Source: Eledone cirrhosa
Taxonomy: Eukaryota
DNA: 64,000 nt
Assembly: GCA_964016885.1 (NCBI GenBank)
Contig: OZ024743.1
Location: forward strand, 92,194,001 to 92,258,000
Reading direction: 5' to 3'
How positions within the stretch are numbered: position 1 is the first letter of the stretch; each line of letters opens with the position of its first letter. Under the pieces are notes generated by a model, which made no database searches, was not told the origin of the DNA, and saw nothing but the letters and a program-made list of their open reading frames with translations. Both the position numbers and the translations under genes were made by a program. Shown here piece by piece: positions 39,776-52,702 of this stretch.

Positions 39776-39966
39776 ATAATTGTTTGTACATTTGGCACAA
39801 GGCCAGCAATTATCCAGTGCATTACTGGTACTTTATTTTATCGACCCCGTAAGGATGAAAGGCAAAGTTAACTTCGGCGGGATTTGAACTCAGAATGGCA
39901 AGGGCCGTAACTCTATACGTCAAAGCATGGCGTCCGACCCTCTACCGATACTGCCAATCCACCGCC
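39776..39966 (-). mobile_element. SINE family 1
   Basis: Reverse complement of the family consensus. Confidence 0.85.
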
Positions 39967-39981
39967 TATATATAAATATAT

Positions 39982-40820
39982 ATCACCTTGATCACCTTGA
40001 CCAACCAGTCTGTTGGGCGTCCATTCGGCGCCACTGTTCACAGCACACCGTCCATTCCTCTCTGGATCGTGCTTTCCTCATCCATGTATTCCCAATCGTA
40101 TTCTTAAAATCGTAACTCTACCCTCGTGGAGGCCTTCCGAGTGGTCGTTTCGGCTCGCGCGAGTACCACTCGGCAACTGCGCGGGTCCACCGGTTATCGG
40201 TGAACCGGGCGACGTGTCCAGCCCATCTCAACTTGCTACGCATATATTCCGTGATGACGTCCCTCACGCCGGACTTCTGTCTGATGACTTCACTCCTGAT
40301 GTGCTCTCTCAACGAGATTCCTAGCATTGATCTCTCCATGGCTCTTTGAGCCGTTACCAGCCTCTGCTCTTCTCTCTTCGTTGTAGCCCAAGTTTCATTG
40401 CCATATAACATTGCAGGTAAAACTGTGCTATTGAAGAGGTTGGCGCGGGTGGTCTTGTCCAACCTCCCCTTGAGCACATCCCTTATGCCGTTGAACGCCT
40501 TCCATCCGGCCCTTACTCTCCGCAAGATCTCCCTCTCAATGTCTAGGCGCATGTTCACTTCTTGTCCCAGGTAGACGTATTCCTCCACCTCCTCTATTTC
40601 ATCACCGCCAACCACCATTTGACCTGATGGTACATTGTCGGACCGCATGAACTTCGTTTTCATGCGGTTCATCTTGAGGCCTACTGCAGAGCTTTTGATG
40701 TCGAGCTCCGTCAGCATGGTCTGAAGCTGATCCGTGGTTTCAGCGATGAGTACGATATCATCAGCGAAACGGGGGTGGGTAAGTATCTCACCGTTGATGT
40801 TGACACCGCCTTGCCAGGTG
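39982..40820 (-). mobile_element. RTE-1-like LINE 3' part, CpG-rich, no PHD insert
   Basis: RFADDIVLIAE, YVYLGQ, VLPAMLYGNETW, LRWAGHVAR, KRPLGRPP; (TCAAGGTGA)2 tail; flanked by (TA)n. Confidence 0.92.
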
Positions 40821-40843
40821 TATATAATATATAAGCATATATA

Positions 40844-41185
40844 TGGAGGCACATGGCTTAGTGATTAGACCATTGGCCTTGCAATCGAAAGGTTGTGAGT
40901 ACAATTCTCAGACCAGGTGATGTGTTGTTTCCTTGAGCAAGACACTTTATTTCACATTGCTCCAGTTTACTCAGCTGTAGAAATGAGATGATAGGGACTG
41001 GGGTCCATATCATTCCACTGCAAAGTGGTCGTGGAGGTGCCACGGCAAAAAAGCACCCAGCACTCACTGTAAATGAGGTTGGTGTTAGGAAGGGCATCCA
41101 GCTGTAGAAATCAAGGCAGAATCAGTTCCCGTCCCACCCTTGCAAGCAGGGAAAAAGCGGACATAAAATGAAATGATGAATGATA
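40844..41185 (+). mobile_element. tRNA-derived SINE family 2 with RTE-derived 3' tail
   Basis: TGGCTTAGTG.TTAG A-box, B-box-like motif, CCTTGAGCAAGACACTT core, then RTE 3'UTR sequence and (TGA)n. Confidence 0.85.
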
Positions 41186-41641
41186 TATATCATCATTGTT
41201 TTTATGTCCACTTCCGATGGTTGGATGGCTTATGATTGTCTGAGACTAGACAGGTCAGAAGGGTCTACATTTTGTTTACACATGCCATTTTTTGTTTGAC
41301 TTCTATAGCTAGATATTCTTCCTAATGCCAACCACTTATAGAATGTGCTGGGTGCATTTTATATACACACACATACATACACACATATATAATACAATAG
41401 AAAGTTTATAAAAACTTGTGGGAGATTGAAATTTCAAAGTATGTTTTTGTCATCGAGCAAAGACCAAAGACACATAAATTACCACTATGAGATAGTTGTA
41501 AATAAATCAGGGGTATGATCCCCTTGATGTAGAAAAATGTGATTATCTGCTCTTTTCCTCCACAAAGGGTCTTACCCCTGATTTATACAATATTTTATGG
41601 TAATAATTCATGTGTCTTGATTCTTCAAAATTTGTGTGTAT

Positions 41642-41683
<42 letters not shown>

Positions 41684-41791
41684 ATATGTGGTTGATGGCT
41701 GAGAGCAAAGAGTACTCAATACTAAAGTAGAGTTTTAATATTCATTTTATTAAGACTAAATAATATGTCTTGTCAGACATATATATATATA

Positions 41792-43066
41792 CAGGGTGCA
41801 GACGATATTTGTTCACAAGATTACTGTCTAGGAAAAAATAACACAGTAGTTTTATTTTTTAAGATATATTTATCAAACTTGGGTCAGTTTGTCTTCATGA
41901 CTTGTTCTTTCGATCTCACTCGATAAACCTGCCATTGGCTTTGATGACGGCCTCAAGGCGGCCTCGGAACCGGCTACAGGCCTTCGTCACTGTCCCCCGA
42001 CTTAGGCCCCTAAAGGCACTTGTGATCCTGGCCTTCAGATCATCTTTCGTATTGCAGCTAGATCTGTTGGTGTCTCGTTCCACTGCACCCCACACAAAGA
42101 AGTCGAGGGGGTTGCAGTCAGGCGAGCTGGGAGGCCAGATGTCAGGTGAAGTGTGGTCAACGAAGTTCTCTGACAGCCAGGCTTGGGTCTTTCGGCTGGT
42201 ATGGCAGGGTGCTGAGTCTTGCTGCCACACGTACGGCCTACCTGCAGCTACCTGGTCGATCCAGGGATTTACTACCTCGCTCAGAACGCAGATGTAGCCA
42301 TCGGTGTTCAGCTTGAGGCCCTCAGGGAAGAAGTGAAGTGGCATGACGTCACCTAAGACCAATGTTGTTGCTGGAAACTTTGTCTGCATGACTCTGGGCA
42401 TGTCTTTGGATGAGACAGCAAGCCACCTGTTGTTCTGGAAGTTGATCTTCTGGTCTTGGCAGAAGTTTTTCTCGTCGGAGAAAAACCACAGCATGTCTGG
42501 CTCCAGTGGGTGTTTCAACTTGTTGATCAGCTTCTTTGCATGCTTCAGTCGCTTTTCTTGCATCACCTTTGACAGAAATTGTCCTTTCCTAATCTTGTAT
42601 AAAACGTAGCGAATGTCTTCACGTACCACCAGCCTAATGAGCTTTCTCCCTCGCAATGGCACGCATCGACTTGCTAGGCTCATTGTTGATGATATCCTGA
42701 ACTTCAGCGACGAACTCGGGCGTTCTGAAGGCGTCAGATCGTCGATCATGTGTTTTCCTCTCTGATGTTGCTTCGTAGTCAAATCCTGAATCTTCCAATT
42801 CCTTTCTGACCTTTTCCACCATTCTCCTGCTGACCCTGGGAAAGCCTGAAATTTCCTTATTTGTCCTCCCGGCACGGATTTCAAGAAGAACTCCGTGTCT
42901 CTTCCACACATTTGGAGGTTCAAAATTATTCATAATCAATTATTCTGAAAATAAATTATGGAAATATAGTCACTGTTTTTATGAAGACAAGAGTGACAAC
43001 GGAAGTAAATAAAATTTGCATAAAATTAGCAGTTGAAAATTGCGAACAAATAGGGTCCACACCCTG
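41792..43066 (-). mobile_element. Full-length Tc1/mariner-superfamily DNA transposon, DD37D (maT) type, frameshifted transposase
   Basis: Imperfect TIRs CAGGGTG..GAC..TATTTGTTC.CAA at both ends, with TA flanks. FSDEK, QQDSAPCH and SPDCNPLD motifs give 37 residues between the 2nd and 3rd Asp. The N-terminus (ORF 42634-42939) and catalytic part (ORF 41916-42923) are in different frames. Confidence 0.93.
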
Positions 43067-43549
43067 TATATATATATATATATATATAATATTATATATA
43101 TATATATCTCACACACACAGACATATATATATATATTTGTATAACGATGATGATTGATGATATATGACAAACATCCATATCAAAGAAAGGACTTCATATT
43201 TACCACCATTTTGTCAGCTTTCATCATTTCATCTCACAAGAAATAGTTCAGCCATTTTCTCATTATCTTTATCACATGATGATAACACCACTGGCAATTG
43301 GTAGAAATGGCATCAGGATTAAAATCAATAATTATTAGATAAAAAATCAATAATTATTTGAAAGTTTTCAGTAATAAATGTTTCAATCTTATTGGCTTTA
43401 AGATAACATATGGTTCTTATACATACATACTTGCCTGCATAAATACATACACATATACATGCCTACATACATACATACATACATACATACATACATACAT
43501 ACATACATACATACATACATACATGCTTACATACATACCTACATACATA

Positions 43550-44225
43550 GCTACAACAATGTGGAAGACATCCATGTACATAATATGAAAGAGTACTGGT
43601 GGAATGTTACAGTAAAAACCCCAATAAAATGCAGGCATAACAGACCAGATATTATGATATGGGACAGGGAGAAGAAAGCATGCACAGTAGTGGAAATTAG
43701 CTGCCCAGCAGATGCCAATATAATATCCAAGATTAGTGAAAAGGAGAATATTTATGCAGAACTGATGAGAAATCTGCAGATACTCCACCCTGATTACACC
43801 TTCAGATTTATGCCTGTGATTATTGGGGCACTGGGATATGTTAGTAACTGCCTCAATACAAATCTTGAGAAGCTAGGCTTCACAGGAACAGAAAGAACAC
43901 AACTAGTTAGGAAATTACAAGTACAATCCATTAATGGAACAGTAAAAATATGTAAAACATTCCAAAAATTTTGCATCTAATAACTGCATATACACATGTA
44001 CAGATACAAAGCATATACACATGCACACATACAACTCAAAACATACACATCCACACATACAATAACATACATATCTACACATGCATGCATGCATACATAC
44101 ATACATACATACCTACCTAGTTGATGTTGTGTAAATTCCAATAGGAGAGTCTTGTGTCTATGTTAGAAACCGACTCTCTCTCTCTCTATTGGTAAAACTT
44201 TGTGAAATTATAAAACCAGAAGAAC
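43550..44225 (+). mobile_element. R4/Dong-like non-LTR retrotransposon 3' end (restriction-like endonuclease)
   Basis: HNRPDIMIWDREKK..VVEISCP..EK..Y..PVIIGALG, stop at 43980, flanked by (TACA)n. Confidence 0.85.
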
Positions 44226-44504
44226 ATACATGCCTGCATACATACATACATGCATGCATACACACACACACACACATTCACATATATACATTTATCATAT
44301 TACTGAGATTAGTCTCTGTTTTTACTCAGAGTTTCACAGATTTCCATTGATCACGCCACTCTCTGCCCAAGCAGTACCAAACCCTGAAACTCAGAGTAGC
44401 AATAGAGTGTAATCTCTGTAATATAACAAACATATAATATTCTCTACTTTGGTATTGAGCACTTCTTCCTCGTGTTTGTGAACTTAAACATATGAAAATA
44501 TGTA

Positions 44505-45010
44505 TCATATCATCACTGTTTTATGCTTTTTTTTTTCCATGCTTGCATATGTTAAACAGGTCTCATCTTTCCATTCGTCAAGGTTCTTCATAAATCAGGC
44601 TATGAGCTTCAGTGATTTGAGATCAGCCCTCATCACCTCTGCCCAGGTCTTCCTTGGCCTGCTTCTACTGTAGCTCTCTTCTACTAGGATTTCTTGGTAC
44701 TTCTTCACCTAACAATCATCATCCATACACATCACATACCCATATCAGTGCAGTCTTCTCTCCTCTGCACATCTGACACCTTTTATATCCAACCTCAGTT
44801 TCAGCTCATCTACCTTCCATACATATTTACATAGCACATCCATTGAAGCATGCTTGCTTCAGTTCTCTCCAGCTTTTGCATATCCTTCACATTCAGTGCC
44901 TATGTCTCACTATCAGGCAACATCATACTTCATACGCAGGCATCATACAGCTGGCTTTTCTTTTGTAGGGAGAAACCTTTTACTGTCAACTGTGAACTTT
45001 TTCCATCCTT
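44505..45010 (-). mobile_element. Decayed RTE LINE 3' fragment
   Basis: Diverged match to the C-terminus and tail of the 49940-51110 family. Confidence 0.7.
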
Positions 45011-45525
45011 ATATATATATATATATATATATATAAGAAAATGTTCCTTTCTGCCACTGCCTTGTCTCCTCTATCTTTCTATTTCTGCTTTCATTTCTCA
45101 TTCTATTCTCTGATAAAGGACTAGTACTGAAACGTATAATCAAGCGTAAAACTAACAATATATTTCTTCATTGTATTATGTTGTTTACTTGTAAACGTGG
45201 TTGGTGTTAGGAAGGGCATCCAGCCATAGAAAACCTGCCAGACAGTCCTATATGAGCGAGACGACCAATCTTGCCTCAAGTGGGACAATTCCCGTCTAAA
45301 CCCATGCTAGCGTGGAAGATAGACGTTAAACGATGATGATGATATATATATATATGTTTATCCCGGTTTCAATCAGAGATAACTACAGTAAGTAAGGTAC
45401 TCAATACATAGCAGAGTATAAATATTTACTATAGAAATGGCTTCTACAGGACTAGAACTGTTTCATTCTGGAGATTTCTCCCAAATTAAACAGTTCTATT
45501 CCTGTAGAAGCCATTTCTATATTAA

Positions 45526-45560
<35 letters not shown>

Positions 45561-45569
45561 TATGCAACA

Positions 45570-46139
45570 GTTATGACCTCATCAGACAGCTAGAAGTTGA
45601 ACAGAAAAAACAGAAAAACATAAAGAAAGAAAGCTTACTTCTGTTGTTTGAATTCATTGATATGCTCTGGGCTGATATTTGTTGTTACTCTCTCAAAGCA
45701 CTGGTGACATATGACTTAGAATAAGCAGCCTCACAGCATCAGCAAAGGCCTCTATCTATTGGTCAGAGTTAGCTTCAGCACAGCATCATTGAATTCCTTA
45801 GTGGTACCATCGTCTGAGATTTGGCTTCAACTTTTTCTGGAATTAGGTCTTGTAGATATGTTGCTGTAAAGGTTTTTTACAGTTTGTGCTTACAAGCCGA
45901 ATTTCCCTCAGATTGTTCAGTGGCATAAAGGATTTTTAGGGCTTTGGCAGCACAATGATCACACAGCCTTTTATTTCCATTATAGTATCTAGCTTTAACT
46001 ACGATCTCCCAGTGTAACTTGTATTGGATGTGATCTTTTAAACTCCAAATATAAGCGGAAAGTGAAGTTATATTTCTTCTTAAAGGGTTACGAAATGAAT
46101 GAGAGTGCATGTACAGACATTGCTTAAATCTTTCCTTGT

Positions 46140-46140
<1 letters not shown>
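45570..46140 (-). mobile_element. Penelope-like element fragment (GIY-YIG endonuclease C-terminus plus 3' region)
   Basis: FKQ.LY.H.HSFRN..TSLSAYIWSLK..WEIVVKA.YY.G.K.C..C..K..IL..NSACKHK; downstream CTGATGAGGTC (minus strand, ~45575-45590) looks like a truncated hammerhead start. Confidence 0.8.
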
Positions 46141-46186
<46 letters not shown>

Positions 46187-46365
46187 GCATACATATATAA
46201 TATACATATACAAATATATACATATATATATATAAATGTAATTTGAGTTTTTCAAATAGTAATAATAATATTCAATTCGTTTGCAATTATGCAAACAGCC
46301 TCTTAAAGCCATGTCAGTAGAATGACTCCCATCATTCTAGCTCTTGTGTTGGCATGTAAACAGAG

Positions 46366-46410
46366 TTCCAGACACTAATGTTTCTGGGTGATTACCCTTC
46401 ATCAGTACAG
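46366..46410 (-). ncRNA. Hammerhead-like motif (decayed relative at 54132-54165 +)
   Basis: CTGATGA-A-GGGT(AATC)ACCC-A-GAAA-CA(TTAG)TG-TC; stem I weak. Confidence 0.5.
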
Positions 46411-49400
46411 TATACTGCTTACCTGCCACTTGTCAGAACTAGTAAAAATATAGAATATTTTCTAAAATATACAGTGAATGATCGGCTTGATTTGCATATT
46501 AGCAGACCCACTGATCAGCCAGATTTGCATATCAAATCAACAGAGAGGCCAGTTCAGTTTCATCTATATGAGCAATTAATAGCCGGCTTTGCCATATTCA
46601 AATAACAAACAAATAGTTTATCGCTCTACATGACTAAATACAATAAATGTAATCTGAGTTTTTCGAACACACACACACACACATATACATACATATACAT
46701 ACATATATACAGAGAGAGAGAGTGAGAGAATACCTGTAGTTAGAAGGGCCAGCCTTGCCACACACTGTATGCTGAATCTCCCTGGGAACTATGTTCAGGG
46801 CACGCGTGTCTGTGGAATGATCAACCACTTGTACGTTAATTTCATGAGCAGGCTGTTTGGTTGATCGTATCGACTGGAACACTCATCATCATAACCAATG
46901 GTGTGCCTAAATATATATAGCAAGGAAAGATGTAGATGAATCAGAGTACACAAACAACAGATATGAAACCTGGAACGAAAGAAAATTCCATGAATTGACC
47001 ATCTAGAAATTTGTCAGCAAATTCAAAATATTCTCTTTTTATAAATGTTCAAGATATGATCTAAAGTACCGACTAGAAATAGAGAAATATAATATATGGA
47101 AATTCATTCTCAAAACAATCAATAACAGCTCTACATAAAGGGATGTGAAAATACACATAAGGAATCTCCAGATTGATTATGCTATTAATAACAACTAAAT
47201 TTATATCTTAATATGTCTTGTGATGAAAGTAAATTCAAATTATAAACGTTTTATTATTGTATTTTTTTTTACCCAAGTGGTAAACAATGTTTCATTATTT
47301 CTTCTGACAATTATACTTTATTATGTTATTTTGTACATTACTAAAGGTATTTATTGATACACACACACATCAATTTGAGAAAGTGTCCCATGTGGCTAAG
47401 ATCATAAAAAATTAATAAAAAACAGAAAAGTTGATGAAACACAGGATAGTCCCTTTTCATGAGTTGGCTGCTGGTGGTTTTGGTGTTTTATATATTACAT
47501 AAGGTTCACCTTCTCACCTAAGTGGAGTGAAATGCTAGTAAAAAATGAGGTAGAAGGACCCAACTCTCCTGTCCACCTTCCTCACTTTATCCCCCACTCC
47601 CCCCTAATGCTTCCCATCCACATTCTTTACCCCTACCCTACTTCCCTCATCTAACACATGCCAGCACAGAAAGAAGAAAGATGACCCTCCCCCTGATATT
47701 GTGTTCTTCCTACCACCCTACCACATCCCAAAATTCATGTTCCCTGCACAACCCATGTCAGCATGGAAGAAAGATGTGCCCTGTACTCAACCCATGCCCT
47801 AACCTTCATTCTAGCCCTCACACTAACCCTCTTCCCAACCACATACACGATTGACTTCCTTGTCCAACCCATGTTAGCATGTACACTCAACTCATTCTCT
47901 TCAAGGTTTTACCGTAATGATTCGATGATTCTTCTCACACTGTGGTATAATCTCCCCACTCCTATCAATGCCTCCTCAGTGATGGCACCACAATAAAAAT
48001 GCCCCCAGCTCACTCTGTAATGTGGTAGTGCTGGTGTCCCGATGAATAGCCCCCAGTCCAAACTCCAGTGAGTGACTCCCAATGTTGTGGCTTCCCTCAC
48101 TCAGGAGTGGTTCACTCTATCAAGCCAAACTTATTTCAGTCTTTACATGACCCCAATTAAATCATTAACAATATTATTATCATTACACAGCTATTTAAGA
48201 TAAGCTGAACTGTCACCACCAGCAGAAACTGCAGTATGTTACCTCCTCACCTCCAGTACTATCAGAAGTGGTAGTATATTATCCCTCCACCCCCACTATC
48301 AGCAGAAACAGCAGTCTATTATTGACTCATCTTGTTTAAACACTTAGGAAAAATGCTTTTCCCATTGAGGGGATATTTTCGTAATTTTCTCACACAATAG
48401 CTGCTTTATAGATATATTTGTCTCATTGATAATGGCTACTTTAAAGTATTATGTCAATTCTGAAGATTTTATTCTCAGAACTGTCCTTTAAATAAATGAT
48501 TTACCTTTTCTGTTTAAATATATGGGAATATTTTTTAATTAAAAAGTTTGTGGAATTTCATACAACAAGAAAGCATTTTAACCTGTTTGATACCAAGCCA
48601 TCTGAAACTGCTCTTTTTTTATCCGAAACTGTTTATTTCAAAGTATTTAAAAAAACACCAGCTTAACAATAAGAAATTTAGTTATATCACTAAGTCTCTC
48701 CAAATTCTTAATTTAAAAAAAAAAATGATTTGAAAATTGTAGGTAAGCTTTTAAAAATCTGGTAATGAAATGTTTATGGCAATTATTTTGCTAAAGCTGG
48801 TCTTTAACATAACAGGCCCTGACTATGATAGGCTCCAAACTCATCATGAGGTATTTTTCAAGGTAATGTTTTACAGCTGGATTCCCTTCCTGGTACCAAT
48901 CATTTTAGTCACCTCATACAACATATAGTTGTAGTGAATCTAAATTAGATACACACAGTAGCTTTAAAAATGACAACTATATAAATATATTTTTCTCATT
49001 GATAGAAAAAGAAAGGAAATGACCAACAAGATGCCAGACCTCATTCACAAACTGAGTGGGGTGGAAACTGTCAAACTGGATTAAGGAAAAAAATGTTTCT
49101 ATTGGTCTTTCCATTGTTGATACTATTTACTGGTTGCAACTCCTGGCAGAAAGAGCAAAGTAAAATAAAGTGTCTTGCTCAAGGACGTGGAAAAACAATT
49201 TAGAATAGATCCAACTTAACAAATGAGATTTATTAAATAAAATGGTTTTGGGACATTCATTTCTCTGATGCATCATCATCATCATCGTCATTATCATCGT
49301 CATTATCATCGTCATTATCATCGTCATTATCATCGTCATCAACATCATCATCATTATCATCATCATCATCATCATTTAACGTCTATTTTTCCACGCTTGC

Positions 49401-49939
49401 ATGAGTTAGATGGTTTGTCATTATGAGAGAATTCAGATCAGGTTACCATGTCTTGCTCATATGGATCTGTATAGTATCTTTGGCTTGGTTTCTACAGCTG
49501 GGTGCCCTGCCTAACACCAGCCACCTTACAGTGTGGACTGGGTGCTTTTTATTGTGGCACTAAAATGACCATCTAATAGAGTGAACTTGGAGCTTTTTGT
49601 TGTATAACCTGCATGATGGCCTTACAAGGTGAGCTGTGTGCTTTTTTGTCTCGTTTCACCATCACAACCACTTTACAGAGTGGACATGTGTCACTAGCAT
49701 GACCACCTTACAGGGTGGACTGGATGATTTTATTGTGACACCAGATTACCATACAGGATTGACTTAGTGCTTTTTTGTCATGGCAACAGCATTGTGAGTG
49801 ATCAGATGTGGAGCATGTCCAGCTTTCCGTACTTGTATGCATGGGTTGGGCAAGAGAGGTGGCTCAGAGGTGAGGAAATCATCCTCATGATTTCATATGA
49901 ATAAAGTCCTTCTAGTCCTGTAGAAGTCATTTTCTATAT

Positions 49940-51110
49940 TATCATCATCATCATCATTTTATGTCCGCTCTTCCTTGCTCGCAAGGGTGGGACGGGTCTT
50001 ATTCAGCACAGCATCTCTCCACTCATCACGGTCCTTCATCATCTCCACCGTGAGCTTCAACGATCTGAGGTCTGTTCTCGCCACCTCCGCCCATGTTTTT
50101 CGTGGTCTACCTCTACCACGTCGGCCTTCAACTGGCATTTCCTGGCACTTCTTCACCCATCGGTCATCCTCCATGCGCATCACATGTCCATACCACCTCA
50201 GTCTCCTCTCCCGTACACTACATTCTATCCCTCTCAGACACAGTTTCTCTCTCAACACATTCATGCTGGGTCGTTCACACACATTTACACTGCACATCCA
50301 ATGGAGCATGCTTGCCTCATTTCTCTCTAGCCGTCGTATATCCTCTGCAGTTGCTGCCCATGTCTCACTACCATGCAGCATCACGCTCCTCACACAGGCA
50401 TCATAAAACCGGCCTTTCGTACACAGGGAGAAACCCTTCTTTGTCAGCAGCGGAAGCAGCTCCCTAAACTTCTTCCAACCCGTCCTTATTCTAGATACTA
50501 TGGCCTCGGAACACCCTCCTCCCATGCTAATCTGATCTCCTAGGTACCGGAAGCTATCCACCACTTCTATAGCGCCCTCCTGCATTTGAAAAATGTGTCT
50601 ATCAATGCGACTTCTACTGTCTAATTTCCCTGTACATCTACTGCATACATATTTCTCTCTACCTGTTAGTTTGCCTGCTATCCCGCTACATCTCTTGTGT
50701 ACCCAGGATCTGCATTGTCTGCATTTTATAGAATTTATGCCAGTTCCTTTTCTGCATATCGAACATGGCCATTTCCCTGACGGAATCAGAGTTTTGTCCT
50801 CTTTTCTACTCATCAACACTTTTGTCTTAGCTAGGTCCATTCTCAGTCCTCTTGCTTCCAACTGCTGTTTCCATAGCCAGAATTTATTCTCTAGCTCCTC
50901 TACTGATTCTGCTATAAGAACCAGATCGTCAGCATAGAGAAGTTCCCATGGACAGCCAGTCTTAAACTCCTCTGTTATGGCTTGGAGGACTGTAATGAAC
51001 AAGCGCAGGCTGAGGACCGAATCTTGATGTACTCCTACTTGTATCTGGAATTCCTCACTAAACTCCATTCCTACCCTGACTTTACTGAGAGTACCTCTGT
51101 ACAAAGTTTG
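49940..51110 (-). mobile_element. RTE-clade LINE, PHD-containing subfamily C, 5'-truncated
   Basis: ORF with GVHQDSVLS, LLYADDLVL, C4HC3 finger, FRYLGD, RRLRWYGHVMR; very short 3'UTR and (CAT)n tail. Confidence 0.93.
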
Positions 51111-52550
51111 CATCATCATCATCATCATCATCAACGTTTAACGTCCGTGTTCCACGCTTGCATGGGTTTGGACGGGGGTATTTCCCACTTGAGGCAAGAG
51201 TGATTGTCTTGCTCGCATAGGACTGTCTGGTGGGTTTTCTACAGCTGGATGCCCTTCCTAACACCAACCACATTTACAGTGTGGGACTGGGAGGTTTTTA
51301 CCGTGTTGCCTACACGGCCACATTACAGCGTGGACTGTCTGGCGGGTTTTCTACGGCTGGATGCCCTTCTTAACAACAACCACATTTACAGTGTGGGGCT
51401 GGGAGGTTTTTACCGTGTTGCCTACACGGCCACATTACAGCGTGGACTGTGTTTTTTTTGTTGTGACACCTACACGATCTCATTTGTTTCGGCCTGGATG
51501 TTGTGGCACCAACATAACTGTACATTGAAGGGGCGATTTGGATGGGGTGGGGGTGGTGGGACGGGGGTGTATTTTGTTAGAGATGTCTACTGACTGTAGT
51601 AGGTTTTACTTTGTATTTAGGTAAGGCGGGTCTTCTCTATTACTGAGTACCGCCAAAGGTCTCGGTCCAGTGACATTGTCTTGGAGAGGTGTAAGTGTGT
51701 GAGGTCGGAATTTATCAGCTCGTCCCAGGTTTTTCTGGGTCTGCCTACTCCGTGGCTACCGTCTATCTTTATTGCCCTGCACTTTGTTATACAGCTATCG
51801 TCTTTCATGCACATCACGTGACCATACCAACGTAGCCTTCTCTCAAGTAAACAACATCTGATCCCTCTTATTTCTAATTTTTTCCTTAGTTCGTTTATGC
51901 TTTGCCGTTCACGTATATTACTATTACACATCCAGCGGAGCATGCAAGCTTCGTTCCTCTCTAGTCTGCGTATATCCTCTGCACACAATGCCCAGGTCTC
52001 ACTGCCATGCAACATTGCTGTTTGTATGCAGGCATCATACAACCTGCCTTTCATTTTTAGGGAGAACCCTTTAGCGACTAATAGTGGTATAAGCTCTCTG
52101 AACTTTTTCCATCCATTTCTGACTCTAGCTACTGTACTTTCAGCGCACCCTCCCCCACTGCTGATTTTGTCACCCAGGTAACGGAAGCTGTCCACTATTT
52201 CTATAGAACCCTCTGCGCAGTTGAAAGAGCTAGTATTTTGTGGGCACTTGCTGCTACTTATTGCACCAGAGCACCGGCCACATGTAAAATCTATGTTCTT
52301 AGTTAGCTTACCTGTGATCCCACTACATCTTTTATGCACCCATACTTTGCATTTGGGACACAAAATGGAGTTTCTACCTATGCCTTTCCTACACACTGAG
52401 CATGGCCATTTCCCGGACGGGACCGCCGCCTTATTTTCTTTCTTACAAACTAGAACTTTAGTCTTAGCCAGGTTAATTTTAAGGCCTTTTGATTCTAGGC
52501 CGTGCTTCCATGTTTGGAATTTCTTCTCTAGCTAGGCCATTGATTCAGCT
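51111..52550 (-). mobile_element. RTE-clade LINE, near-identical inverted copy of 381-1703
   Basis: ORF 51617-52396 is almost identical to ORF 380-1315. Same 3'UTR with an internal ~115 bp tandem duplication (about 51220-51450); (CAT)n tail at 51111. Confidence 0.93.
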
Positions 52551-52702
52551 ATATATATATATATAACCAAAGATTAATATGGTTCATTGATTACTCAATG
52601 AATATAGTTTTACAATAGATTAAAAGCACTCTACACAGAGTTTTCTAAAGTTATTATTCAGAATATTAATAAATGAAGACATTCACATAATCAAAATATA
52701 TG

